Below are positions 1 to 11,420 of a stretch of 64,000 bases of DNA, one piece after another. Source of the DNA: Podarcis cretensis (lineage: Eukaryota); NCBI GenBank assembly GCA_951804945.1, contig OX638154.1, positions 82,460,001-82,524,000 of the forward strand, read 5' to 3'. The position numbers were made by a program, and so were the translations under genes. The first letter of the stretch is position 1, and each line of letters starts with the position of its first letter. The notes under the pieces are model-generated. The model did no database searches, was not told where the DNA came from, and worked only from the letters and a program-made list of their open reading frames with translations.

Positions 1-192
1 CCAGTCCGCAGACAGTCCGGGAATCGGCATGTTTTTACATGAGTAGAATATGCGTGTTTATTTAAAATGCATCTCTGGGTTATTTGTGGGGCATAGGAAT
101 TCGTTCACCCCCCCCCAATATAGTCCAGCCCCCGAACAAGGTCTGAGAAACAGTGGACCAGCCCCCTGCTGAAAAAGTTGACTGACCCATGG
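1..192. mobile_element. End of a hAT-like non-autonomous DNA transposon, cut by the window start
   Basis: Ends in GCTGAAAAAGTTGACTGACCCATG, whose reverse complement resembles hAT termini of the CAGGGGTCAGCAAACTTTT type. The other end lies outside the window. Confidence 0.6.
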
Positions 193-640
193 CTATTCTA
201 ATGAAGCAGTGTCTGGCAGTGGAAAAACAGATTTCTTTGTGAGCTTCACAGGCAGACCATGGTGACAATATCTATCTGGGATTCCAAAGTATTCAGTGCC
301 TGAAAACTGGATTGCATCTCTGGCTGAGCCAATTAGGATCTTCCATGTATCCATCCGTTCCCCTTTAAAAGCTCTCTGTGTTAGATGACATTGCAACATC
401 TAGTGGCAGTGAGTTCCTTGGTATGATTAATCACCTTCAGCCAACGACTGGCTTTTTATATTTTGAGAGTCTGAATAATTGTTCCCCTATTCACTGTGCG
501 GGTTCACAAGGCATATATCCAGTCACCAGATTAAATTTAGTTGCTCCAGCTTCACTGTGCAATATTCTTAATGCAGGTGCACATTGACCTAATACTTATC
601 CCTTGTAGTGTTATACAGTTTGTTTCATCAATTTATTTAG

Positions 641-893
641 AAGAAGAAGAAGAAGAGTTTGGATTTGATATCCCGCCTTTCACTCCCTTTAAGGAGTCTC
701 AAAGCGGCTAACATTCTCCTTTCCCTTCCTCCCCCACAACAAACACTCTGTGAGGTGAGTGGGGCTGAGAGACTTCAAAGAAGTGTGACTGGCCCAAGGT
801 CACCCAGCAGCTGCATGTGGAGGAGCGGAGATGCGAACCCGGTTCCCCAGATTAGCAGACTACCGCTCTTAACCACTACACCACACTGGCTCT
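641..893 (-). mobile_element. tRNA-derived CORE-type SINE (Squam3-like) with (CTT)n tail
   Basis: Minus strand: A box TGGTGTAGTGG, B box GGTTCGCATC, CORE-like GTGACCTTGGGCCAGTCAC, simple-repeat tail at 641-655. Confidence 0.85.
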
Positions 894-2054
894 AATCAAG
901 GCAGAATGCTGAAAATGATACAGGGTAAGTTGGAAATGGACCAAAACTTTGTGTAAATATTTTTAAAGGTTTACGTTTTGTTTTAATATTATTTAAGAGA
1001 GCTTGTATGCCACTTAATTGTAACTAAAATCTCTAAGCAGTTTACCAAAAAAGTTGTAACTTTAACTTTTAAAACCAAGCAGTCCGTGCTGTTGTTCAAA
1101 GTGAATGATCGTTTCTTTTCTGACTTCTTTTCCATCTTCTTGGTCTTCCTTCTCTAACTCCCCTTCTATATATTGCAGCATAAAAATGCTTCACCTGAGT
1201 ATTCTTAATTAAAAATTTGGCTTTAATATCAATTCCGCGTGATATTAGCCTAGGGGGATTTTAGCTCCGTTACTCATCCCCTGAAAGGTTAGAACCTCTC
1301 GTTTTTATGAGATTGCAATCAATTTCTGAGCAGATGAGTTCAAATCTGACTTTTGCAGAGACTTGGGATACATTTGTGCACTGGAGAATGTATTTTTATT
1401 TCCATCTTCATTACTATTCAAATCAATTTATTTTTAGTGGTACATGGTAAGCTCAATAAGAATGTTAAAAGGCCAAATATTTTTGCACTATTATGCAGGT
1501 GCAGCTAAAGCTTTATGTGGGGAGCTGAAAGCCTGAGTTTCTTCTCATTATAGTGTAAGAAAATCTCCAGTGGAAGAGTGTTGAACAAGATTGTCTCTAA
1601 GGTCTTGGTTGGCAACTAATTTTTAACCTGGTTCACTCCATTTGGAGACCAGAGAGAGGCAAAAGTTAACCATTTTCTTCCCAGGCTGACCAGCGAAGGT
1701 GGTGTTGGCAGTGAGTGAATCATTTGCTGTGAGATCCAAGCAAGGGATGGCCTTTGAACGACTGAGACTCTTAAGGGGGAGAGCCAGGATGCATCTCCAT
1801 ACCAGTTGCTGGGAATTGCAGGTGAGGGTACTATTCTGCTCAGGTTCTGCTTGCAGGCATCCCATGACTACTGCGAGAACAGAGCGCTTTTTGGCCTGAT
1901 GTAGAAGGCTGCCTCTTTTACGTTACACTTGTAAATGAGAGAAAGCGACCGATGCAGCTGTAGGGAGAGATGGGGAGGCACATGCAGATATGTATGTGTG
2001 GAGCTGGCTGGACTTCTTGCTTAGACACACTAAAAGTGTAGATCTGCTGGGTGT

Positions 2055-2055
<1 letters not shown>

Positions 2056-2108
<53 letters not shown>

Positions 2109-2327
2109 TTATACCCCACCCATCTGGCTGGGTTTCCCCAGCCACTCTGGGCGGGTTCCAACAAAACACTAAAATACAATAAGCTATTAAACATTAAAAG
2201 CTTCCCTAAACAGGGCTGCCTTTAGATGTCTTCTAAAAGTTTGGTAGTCATTTTTCTCTTTGACATCTGGTGGGAGGGCGTTGCACAGGGCGGGTGCCAC
2301 TACCGAGAAGGCCCTCTGCCTGGTTCC
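2056..2327 (-). mobile_element. L2 LINE 3' end with microsatellite tail
   Basis: Minus strand encodes an L2-like C-terminus (FRRHLKAALF). Shares the 3' UTR motif CCCAGAGTGGCTGGGGAAACCCAGCCAG with copies at 53727 and 62785. About 17 AAT units at 2058-2108. Confidence 0.85.
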
Positions 2328-2404
2328 TCTGTTGTGATTGTTCCTCAATAAAGTAAACTTTTACGATCCTAGCAGGGTTAATCTGCATGCAAAATTTTCC
2401 CTAG

Positions 2405-2710
2405 GCACTGGATAGCTCAGTTGATTAGAGCATGGTGCTGATAATGTCAAGTTCACAGGTTTGATCCCCATATCAGACAGTTGCACTGGACATTTTAAAG
2501 CAGAGGTTGGATGGCCATCTGTCATGGACGTTTTGGTTGAGATTCCTGCATTGCAGAGGGGTTGGACTAGATCAGCCTTTCTCAACCTGTAAGCAAGGCC
2601 AGAGCTCAGGGATGATGGGAGTTGTAGTCCAACAACATCTGGGTCGAGAATCGCAGGACTAGATGATCCTCAGGGCCCCTTCCAACTCTACAATTCAGCG
2701 ATTGATTCAA
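2405..2710 (+). mobile_element. SINE-like element with tRNA-Ile-derived head and CR1-derived tail, interrupted by a MITE
   Basis: Head GGATAGCTCAGTTGATTAGAGCATGGTGCTGATAA...GGTTTGATCCCC resembles tRNA-Ile. Tail GGTTGGACTAGATGATCCTCAGGGCCCCTTCCAACTCTACAATTC is the CR1 3' end. Confidence 0.75.
2573..2656. mobile_element. Internally deleted hAT MITE
   Basis: Perfect 8-bp TSD GACTAGAT (2565-2572 and 2657-2664), imperfect TIRs, and the family motif GGGATGATGGGAGTTGTAGTCC. Confidence 0.85.
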
Positions 2711-2924
2711 TGATCAGTATCATTGGCTAGATTAGGTAATGTTTTGAGTTTCGTTTCCTTCAATACAGGGAGCCCTTGGGCAAAGTGCTTCCTGGAGAGC
2801 CACTTCATCAGTGGATCCCAGTGGGCAGCAGCAGTGTTCTCGGAGTTGCATCAGGAGCAGTGTTGGAGATTAAAATGGTGGCTGCACCTAGCTGCCTAGC
2901 ACTGCACAGAGAGCAGGTCTAGAT

Positions 2925-3716
2925 GTTGTTGTTGTTTAGTTGTTTAGTCGTGTCCGACTCTTTGTGACCCCATGGACCAGAGCACGCCAGGCCCTCCTCT
3001 CTTTCACTGCCTCCCGCAGTTTGGTCAAACGCATGTTTGTATCTTCGAGAACACTGTCCAACCATCTCGTCCTCTGTTGTCCCCTTCTTCTTGTGCCCTC
3101 AATCTTTCCCAACATCAGGGTCTTTTCCAGGGAGTCTTCTCTTCTCATGAGGTGGCCAAAGTATTGGAGCCTCAGCTTCACTGTCTGTCCTTCCAGTGAG
3201 CACTCAGGGCTGATTTCCTTAAGAATGGATAGGTTTGATCTTCTTGCAGTCCATGGGACTCTCAAGAGTCTCCTCCAGCACCATAATTCAAAAGCATCAA
3301 TTATTCGGCGATCAGCCTTCTTTATGGTCCACCTCTCACTTCCATACATCACTACTGGGAAAACCATGGCTTTAACTATACGTACCTTTGTTGGCAAGGT
3401 GATGTGTCTGCTTTTTAAGATGCTGTCTAGGTTTGTCATTGCTTTTCTCCCAAGAAGCAGGCGTCTTTTAATTTCGTGGCTGCTGTCACCATCTGCAGTG
3501 ATCATGGAGCCCAAGAAAGTAAAATCTCTCACTGTCTCCATTTCTTCCCCTTCTATTTGCCAGGAGGTGATGGGCCCAGTGGCCATGATCTTCGTTTTTT
3601 TGATGTTGAGCTTCAGACCATATTTTGCGCTCTCCTCTTTCACCCTCTTTAAAAGGTTCTTTAATTCCTCCTCACTTTCTGCCATCAAGGTTGTGTCATC
3701 TGCATATGAGGTTGTT
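2925..3716 (-). mobile_element. BovB (RTE clade) LINE, 5'-truncated
   Basis: ORF 2936..3721 runs from YADD to GVTKSRTRL and closely resembles the BovB ORF C-terminus. (CAA)n tail. Confidence 0.96.
2936..3706 (-). pseudogene. BovB reverse transcriptase C-terminal remnant (open frame, no native start)
   Basis: YADDTTLMAESEEEL...FELWCWRRLLRVPWTARRSN...YFGHLMRR. The N-terminal METTS comes from the junction and flank. Confidence 0.93.
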
Positions 3717-3819
3717 TCCATAAAGAGGGACCCAGGGCAGGCATCAGTGGTCGACTCCAGCAGCAGCCCAGTGATTCTAAATGCTGATGTCAGCCCTATT
3801 TCGAAAGTCTGCTGGTAGT

Positions 3820-4200
3820 TATTTATTTATAAAAAAATATGTACCACTCTAGCATAGAAATATATCAAATCGGTTTACTGCAATATAAAACCATGTAGTA
3901 AAACCATACAGAAAAACTTGCAAAAGAATTAAAAACAAGCAACAGTAGACTGTTGTGGGGGATGTACTCTTAATTGCCTGCACAGGCTTGGCGGAATAGA
4001 AAAGTTTTCAGCAGGCGTTGAAATGTTGGCATGGAAGGTACCTACTGAATCTCTCCTGGCAGGGTGTCCCATAGGACCGGCTTAGTTTCTCTTGTAAAAT
4101 GAGCCTCACCAACTCTGGGACAGAGGCTCCTGCAGATGATCTCAATGATCAAACTGGGATATAAGGGTTCAGGCACACCTTGCAAGAGCAGTTTGCACGT
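3820..4200 (-). mobile_element. Old degraded L2 3' fragment
   Basis: (ATTT)n tail followed by decayed L2-like sequence (GGAATAGAAAAGTTTTCAGCAGGCG). Confidence 0.5.
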
Positions 4201-5414
4201 TCAGGTAGTTAAACCTTATTTTCACAACACTGAACTAGACTGGAATGTGTTTCCATATTTGCAAGCGAAGAGAGATTAGTCGCTTACTTCTAAAGCTGAA
4301 CCATGGCTGCTGTTAACAGTGAAATAAAAATTTCCCTGATCTCAGACTGATTTTGTACATTGTATACTTGATACTTCTCTATAAAAGTAAAACCTATGGG
4401 GAATGGTGTGTGAGAGAGAGTTTGGAGAATGTAAAAACCCTCCCCTTACTCTAATCATATAGATGACAGGAACAGTTTCATGTGATTTTTGTAATTTTAA
4501 TTTCGTCTCCCCTGAATGTAATTTAAAATTTTATACTCACAACTGTTTTGGTCATTAGTATTCTTTTCTTTGAATCTAAAGTGTAACGGTCTTTCTATGA
4601 ATGATTGTGCAGTCATGCCACAGCTGAGGTGAAGATTTAGCTTCAAATAAATCATTTCCACATTCTTGCTTAAGTGGCTATTTTAGAGTAGGGAAACACA
4701 TTTTCTATTGGGATGTAATGCTGCAATTTCCTTGACCTAAGGTCTGAACAATTTTTGAGTAATGTAGGTTTAGTAGTTTAACAACAAAAAAGAAATATAT
4801 ATATAAATGAAAGAAGCAAAAAAAAAAAAAAAAGGTAAATAAAAGTACCAAAATCTGTAGAACTAAAACCAAATGAATTAATCATCTTTTAAAAATTAGT
4901 TTGACAGATGAGAAGTTCCACACATAACTTTATGAAAACTAGGAGCAATACAGTATGAGTCTAAGGGCCACTTATATATTAGATGTACACCTATTGTTAT
5001 CAGGGAACAGTGATTCACTACAGCTGTTTACTTAGCATATTTAAAAGCATCTTAGTCCAGTCTTCGATTCCTGAATTATGATTCAACAGTGCCCAGCCAA
5101 TGAGCTCTAAGGAGCACACTCATAGCATGAAGGCAATATGCTTTTTATTCGTTTTGATTGTATTCAGTAAAGTCCTACTCAGCGTATACCGACTGGAATT
5201 AATGAGCCTAAGTTAGTCATGTCCAATAACTTCAGTGGGTCTTCAGCATTGATTACCACTTTCTGTTACAGCATCAGGGGCACATTGCCTCTGAACATGG
5301 AAGTTCCATTTCACTGTCATGGCTAATTGCCACAATAACCTGTTTCCTCCCCTCTGTATAACACGTGAAGAAGCATATTTTTCATTGTGGGGGAAAATAG
5401 AGTCACTATTGGTT

Positions 5415-5767
5415 GTAAAGGTAAAGGGACCCCTGACAATTAGGTCCAGTTGTGACTGACTCTGGGGTTGCAGCGCTCATTTCGCTTTATTGGCCGAGGG
5501 AGCCGGCGTACAGCTTCCGGGTCATGTGGCCAGCATGACTAAGCCGCTTCTGACAAACCAGAGCAGCAGCACACGGAAATGCCGTTTACCTTCCCGCCAG
5601 AGCGGTACCTATTTATCTACTTGCACTGGCATGCTTTCAAACTGCTAGGTTGGCAGGAGCAGGGACCAAGCAACGGGAGCTTACCCCGTCGTGGGGATTC
5701 GAACCGCCGACCTTCTGATCGGCAAGTCCTAGGCTCTGTGGTTTAACCCACAGCGCCACCCACGTCC
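5415..5767 (-). mobile_element. Sauria (Squam1) SINE, near full length
   Basis: tRNA-like head GGACGTGGGTGGCGCTGTGG...GGTTCGAATCCCC, conserved body GTAGATAAATAGGTACC, (ACCTTT)n tail. Confidence 0.95.
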
Positions 5768-6327
5768 ATATTCTATTATAGTATTTGCCAAAATCATAAT
5801 CCATTGCATAGTTGCAGCTACACATGACCAGCTGACAGTAATGTCTTGCTGGTGGGTTTCCCATAGGCATCTGGTTAGCCACTGTGGGAACAAAATGCTA
5901 GACTAGATAGTACCATGGTTGCTGTGCTTATACCCTGCAGACTTTTCCTGTATGGAGCACATAAAATGGGAAAAGAAGATAGCTTTTCCCAAACACTCAA
6001 AGGACAGGTGGATGCCAACAATTCTGGGCAATTGCAATTGAACCACAAATCCCGGGCACATGTCTATCACATGTCCCCAACTGTATGGAAATGAGCACAT
6101 TGCCCTTTCACACTTGCTACGTTTCGCAACCAGATTTGCGTGTGAAGGAAGAAAGGGAGAAATCATTCTTTTGCAACTGTTCATGTCCGTAAGGGGATGG
6201 TGTGGGGCTAGCCATTAACTAATCAAATTTCAGAATACTCTAGCATTAAATGGTGACTCTGTTTTTACTGTTTTACTCTGTGTTTACTGTTTTAACTGCT
6301 TTTGAACATAATAGACCTGCTGGATTA

Positions 6328-6536
6328 CAGTGGTACCTCGGGTTACATAAACTTGAGGCTACAGACTCCGCTAATCCAGAAATAGTGCTTCAGGTTAAGA
6401 ACTTTGCTTCAGGATGAGAACAGAAATCGTGCTCCAGCGGCACAGCAGCAGCAGGAGGCCCCATTAGCTAAAGTGGTGTTTCAGGTTAAGAACGGACCTC
6501 TGGAACAAATTAAGTACTTAACCTGAGGTACCACTG
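6328..6536. mobile_element. Tc1/mariner (Tigger-like) MITE
   Basis: TIRs CAGTGGTACCTC..GGTTA / TAACCTGAGGTACCACTG and TA TSD. Sits inside an older CR1-like 3' fragment (about 6304-6670). Confidence 0.92.
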
Positions 6537-8704
6537 TATCTAGTCCTGCACCCTCTTCTCACAGTGGCCAGCTAGATGCCTATGGGAAACCCACAAGCAG
6601 CACCTGAAAGCAGAAGCTCTTTCCACACTTGTGGACTCTGAGCAACTGATATAAAGTGGAATTCTGCACACAGGTCTTTTGGGATCCATCCAACCCCAAG
6701 CCGAAAACCTTTCAACAGTAACACTTTGGTGGTGAATTGCATGATGAGGTAACAAGTGATACAGAGTCCTATATGGATGAAATTTGAATGTGGAAGAGAA
6801 CAGTGTGAGAGTCTGCTATTTATTGCATGTGGATTAATCTTAAAAGGTGGACACTGGTGCCGAAGTAAGTCAAGTTCAGTATCTTGATGTCAAGTAACTC
6901 TGTACTAAGAAGTGGGGGGGGGGGGGAAACAAGTTATTTGATGAGATCTATATAACTGGGGCAGCATTTTTGCAGCCACTTGACTTTGTTAGATGGAAGG
7001 AGTTGGAAGTGGTCGAAGTGATTCCACCCTAACAGCAAACCTAAGCAATCTGCTTGCTTTCCAAACAGCTTAAAATAAATAAATAAATCAAATCAAATCC
7101 CTAAAACCCTTGTAATGGGCTGTCAGGCAAGCTGATTATCTTTTCAGCAGGCTTTTATTAAGTTAATACCTACAGACGCTCCCTCAGCTGATGCCAACAG
7201 GTAATCTATTCTGGAAGATGCTTGTTCAATGACTTTTGATGGCTGCTGGTTGCTGGCCACATGTACTGAACACAGAGGTTGAGTGTTTTGTCTATATGTA
7301 AGTGTGGGTGACTAGAGAGAAAAATCAGCGTAGGTGGTAGCTAACAAAGGGAAAGGAAGTTTTGGGTTTTGTGGTTGCCTTGATGTTGCCTTGCCTTTTT
7401 TGGGGGGGGGGAGGGGGGACTGGTGCTTTTAAAAATACTAACTATATGTCTGTTGGTTTGCCTGCTTCCACTCACGTATTTGTAAAAGGCACAGGTCTCC
7501 TGTTCTTTCACCTCACGAGGAAGTTTTCCCTGTGAAAGGCAGCACCCATGAAAATTCCTTTTGTTTGGGGAAGGGGGAACTGAGGGGGGAAACTATCAAA
7601 ACTGCGCTGATTGTGAGAAGAAATACCACATAAATTATTTCTTGGAAAATGCTTAGTGACACTTAGAATTGATTAACATTTCTGTGCTTTCTTTTGTTCT
7701 CATTCAAGGGGGAATCTTTTCAAGGCACCCTATTCAGGCTAAATGTAAAACTTTCAAAATGCCTTGGCCTTGAAGAGCTCAGAGATCCATCAGCGGAAAA
7801 TGGTTTAAAAATATGTCAGTGTAAGTCCCCCACCCCACCCTAGCCAAGTAGATTGTAAGTCTGCCGGTTTATCAACAAATAAAGATACAATATTGTTTAG
7901 TGCTACCTACCTCTCAAATCACAAAAGTGGTTTTTGTGAGGGCTAGACAATACGGAGCAAGAATGTATGTTTAAAGATGCATTTTTTCGCCAGGTTTTTT
8001 CTGATGAAGAACAATGCATTGCTATGATTTTATAATTATGTTTTAAATTTCATGAGCTTAGTGAAATAAATTATGTGGCTTTGCTAGATCTTAAATAGTT
8101 TTGTTCCACTTTAGAACCACAGCTGGAAGAAATTAGGAAGACATATATTTTGTTTTTCTTTCAAGAGAAAGAAAAAATTATGAAATTACTTTCTGATCCT
8201 ATGCATGTTTGCACTGAGTTCGGTGGTACTTATTTCCAATTAAATGTGTATAGGATTGCAGCTTTAATTTCACTACGCCTCTGCTATGACATTCATAATC
8301 AGTAAATGTGAGCTATAGCGGCCCAAGAGAGGAAGATTTCGATTTCATCTCTGGTCTGCTGTTCACAGTACAACAATATCACTGAATGCAGCTCCTTTGG
8401 TCTCTGCCAGCTCTCATATTCAATCAGCTTTTAAAGAATGCTTTGTATGCTGGAAAAAAACCCTGGTTCAATCTCTTCTGTCTAGGTAAGGCTGGAAAAA
8501 GCACCAACGAGCCAGTTATTGTAGACAATTCTGAGCTAGACTGACCAATTGTATGTCTCAATATGTCAGCTTCCTAAATTTATATTGGGCACCATATTTT
8601 ATTTGGTGTGTGTTGCCCAGAGAAGTACTGTGCGCTTGCATTAGATCTGCACCCTCTGTCATTGACTTTTGGCTTTTTCATTGCAAGTTTTGAAATGCAG
8701 AAGC

Positions 8705-8705
<1 letters not shown>

Positions 8706-8746
<41 letters not shown>

Positions 8747-8980
8747 TTTTTTTATTTATATCCCGCCCTCCCCAGCCGAAGCCGGGCTCAGGGCAGCTAA
8801 CAACAATAAAATAATACAACATTCTAAAATCATTTCATTATAAAATTTATTCAAATCAAATTGATGGCAACCATTGGGCTAGAATTCTGTGAAGATTGCC
8901 AAAGGAGGGGAGTCAGGCTGTGCCCTGGCCAAAGGCCTGGTGGAACAGCTCTGTCTTGCAGGCCCTGCGGAAATATGTCA
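8706..8980 (-). mobile_element. L2 LINE 3' end with AAT microsatellite
   Basis: (AAT)n, then TATCCCGCCCTCCCC...CTCAGGGCAGCT and CCAAAGGCCTGGTGGAACAG; minus frame FRRACKTELF is an L2-type C-terminus. Confidence 0.8.
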
Positions 8981-9439
8981 ACCATAGATTGGTTATCTGC
9001 ACGTTCGGCTGCGTAACTTTGATGGTGTGCCATGGAGATTAAGACTACATTCTTTTGTACATCTACCCAGCAGCAACAAGCACGGGAAGACCTTTCTCTC
9101 CTTAGTAAAGATTAATGGGATTGGGCTGCACAAATTACGGTATCTCTGATGACTCAGACATAATTTTGCAGTGACCAAGCTCTTGCGGATTAACAAAGCA
9201 GAAAAACAAAAACACCAAAAGAGGCTTGCTGCAGCCCTGTGCCTTGAGGTCACTGCTAGGCGTTGCATCATCTGCATTGCTGTGGGATTATGTGTACTTT
9301 CAAATTAAGAACAAAACGGCTAAAGTGAATGCCAGTCTTTCACTTTTGCGCGGATGTTATAATTACATTTATATGTTAACTATGTGGGAATTGGAAGTTA
9401 TGCAAAACGAATAGTTTTACTCAGAGTTGAGTATCCATG

Positions 9440-9575
9440 GGAAAGGGCTATAGCTCAATACAGCAACCTTGTTACATGCAGAAATCAAATTTCCAGCATC
9501 TCCAGGTCAGAGATGCTGCCAGCCTGTGTAGACTATATTGAGCTGGACGGACCAGTGGCCTGACAGCTTTCTGTG
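9440..9575 (+). mobile_element. Degraded tRNA-derived squamate SINE; related copies near 8435-8575, 19735-19840, 36410-36545 (-), 53670-53835
   Basis: Copies share GTAGAC-ATA-TGAGCT-GA-GGACCA-TGG-CTG...CAGCTT; this copy has the head AGGGCTATAGCTCA. Confidence 0.6.
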
Positions 9576-10023
9576 ATACATGGAAAAACGTCTCTCATTC
9601 TAGAACAGAAGTGGTATGTGTGCATGCAGTCATCAGATTGCGAACAACATTCTCCCCACTTCGGAACAAGAAATTTACCTTCACTCCTATTTGTGAGTTT
9701 CCTAAATTTGTGATTCTCAAAAAGAGAGGTACGTGTGTGTTCCTGTGCACTTGTGTGTGTTCAAGGAGAAGAGGTTTACCTTGACCTCCCCTCCTCTTAA
9801 TGCATCAGCTTAGGTTTTGTTTTTTGTTTTGTATTTGTTATTGAATTGAGAGCCATTGTTAGGTGTGGCATATCAGATAGGGTGCAGAGATCTCAATCAG
9901 GATAAGATTCTCAGAAAGGGACTGGCTTGTACTTGGATAAATAATGAGATTAAATAGTGAAACGAAACAAAAATACAACAGTGTGTTTTGAGAGCATTTG
10001 TTGAGGTCCCATTTTTAGGACTC

Positions 10024-10551
10024 TTTTTTTAAAAATACATTTTTATTAATTTTAACATATAAATTATAAACAGTACCACACAAATTATTACAAATACAAT
10101 CTTATTGGACCTCCATCAGCACCTCTGTTGATCTTCCGTTTTAACCACTTTTTATGCATTACTTAATTTTATATTGTCTTTACCTCTCTTAACACATCAT
10201 CTCCCCTTCTCCATTTTTACAATATTTCCAACAATACTCCTCACAGAACTTCTTGCAAACCTACAAACGTCGTCTGATCATCACAAATACTTTTCATATA
10301 GTTCGTAAATTTACTCCAGTCTTCGGTAAATTTCTGGTCCCGCCGGTTTCGAATCCTTCCTGTTAATTTGTCTGATTCTGCATAGTCCATCAACTTCATC
10401 CTCCATTCTTCAACCGTCGGCAATTCTTCTTGGTTCCATTTTTGGGCCAATAGTATTCTAGCTGCTGTTACTGCATACAAAAAAAGTTTACATTCTTTTC
10501 TATTTATATCACTTCCCACCATTCCCAATAGAAATGCTTCTGGTTTCTTTT
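10024..10551 (-). mobile_element. L1-clade LINE, 5'-truncated, with ORF2 C-terminus
   Basis: 15-bp TSD CCATTTTTAGGACTC (10009-10023 and 10552-10566). ORF with AARILLAQKW...PTVEEW...FTEDW motifs. AATAAA plus a short poly(A) on the minus strand. Confidence 0.92.
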
Positions 10552-11189
10552 CCATTTTTAGGACTCAAGCTTCCAAAAGAAGGATATAGCAATGCTAGCA
10601 GCACAGATCATTCAATTCCCCCACTCCCACTCCTCCGCCCAGCTCAGAAAAGGGACTAAAGTCTCTGGCATGTATTCTTCCTTCATACATCTAAATAATG
10701 GTTTCTAACAACTACCGTTTAGTGTATTTTAGCCAAAAATATAAATCATCTTAAGAAAAAAAATTAGATGTGCCATATGGAGATTGGCGTAATTCTTCCC
10801 TGGCCTCTCTAAATGATGCTTGTGACTGGTGTAATACAGTTACTAACTGTGCAAATCTATATATGTCTGCTGGAAAGTAAGACGCATTGAGGTCAATGAG
10901 ACCTATTCCTAGGCACGTCAGGCTACAATTCAGGCTAAGAGAGTGTGTTGGGAAAGGCCTAGTTCAGATCACATCCCAAAATAAATGAATGACCTTAGGT
11001 AAGCCTGATTCTTTCCACCTCAGCCCATTCTGTACCATACTTTTGGTCTGTCTTCCAGGACTGTTGAAAGCACCGGGCCGTTAAACTATTCAGAAGCAGT
11101 TGTGAGCATGAGATGTCTGTCCCTTCCTTTCTAGTATTCTTATTGTGGGATTGGGACACCTCATATATGTTTGTTCTTCACAATGTCTA

Positions 11190-11420
11190 CGCAACATCAT
11201 TGGGATCAAAATGGCAGCCTGATGCTGAAAGGCCATCAATGTAGGCCACACAGGCAGACCTTCATGGGGAAACCATTTCATAAATGGGGTGCTACAACCA
11301 AGAAGGCCCTGTCTCCAAGTGTTATCTGCCATCATCACTTCAGACAATAAGACACCTAGAGGAGGACCTCCAATTACCTGAGGACATAGGCAGGCACATG
11401 TTGTTGTTGACAAGCCCTCG
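11190..11420 (-). mobile_element. Old L2 fragment
   Basis: Decayed GGGTGCTACAACCAAGAAGGCCCTG motif, homologous to GGGTGCCACTACCGAGAAGGCCCTC in the L2 at 2292. Confidence 0.55.

Noticed and set aside
1918-2172. Poly-Y, poly-I, poly-N and poly-L ORFs (also 8580, 15176, 15301, 55961, 55974)
   Set aside because: Translations of AAT/ATT microsatellites.
2405-2478. tRNA-Ile gene
   Set aside because: No proper acceptor stem, degenerate B box, and fused to a CR1 tail, so it is a SINE head.
2940-3818. 292-aa plus-strand ORF
   Set aside because: It is the antisense frame of BovB; the same peptide recurs at 21090..21374.
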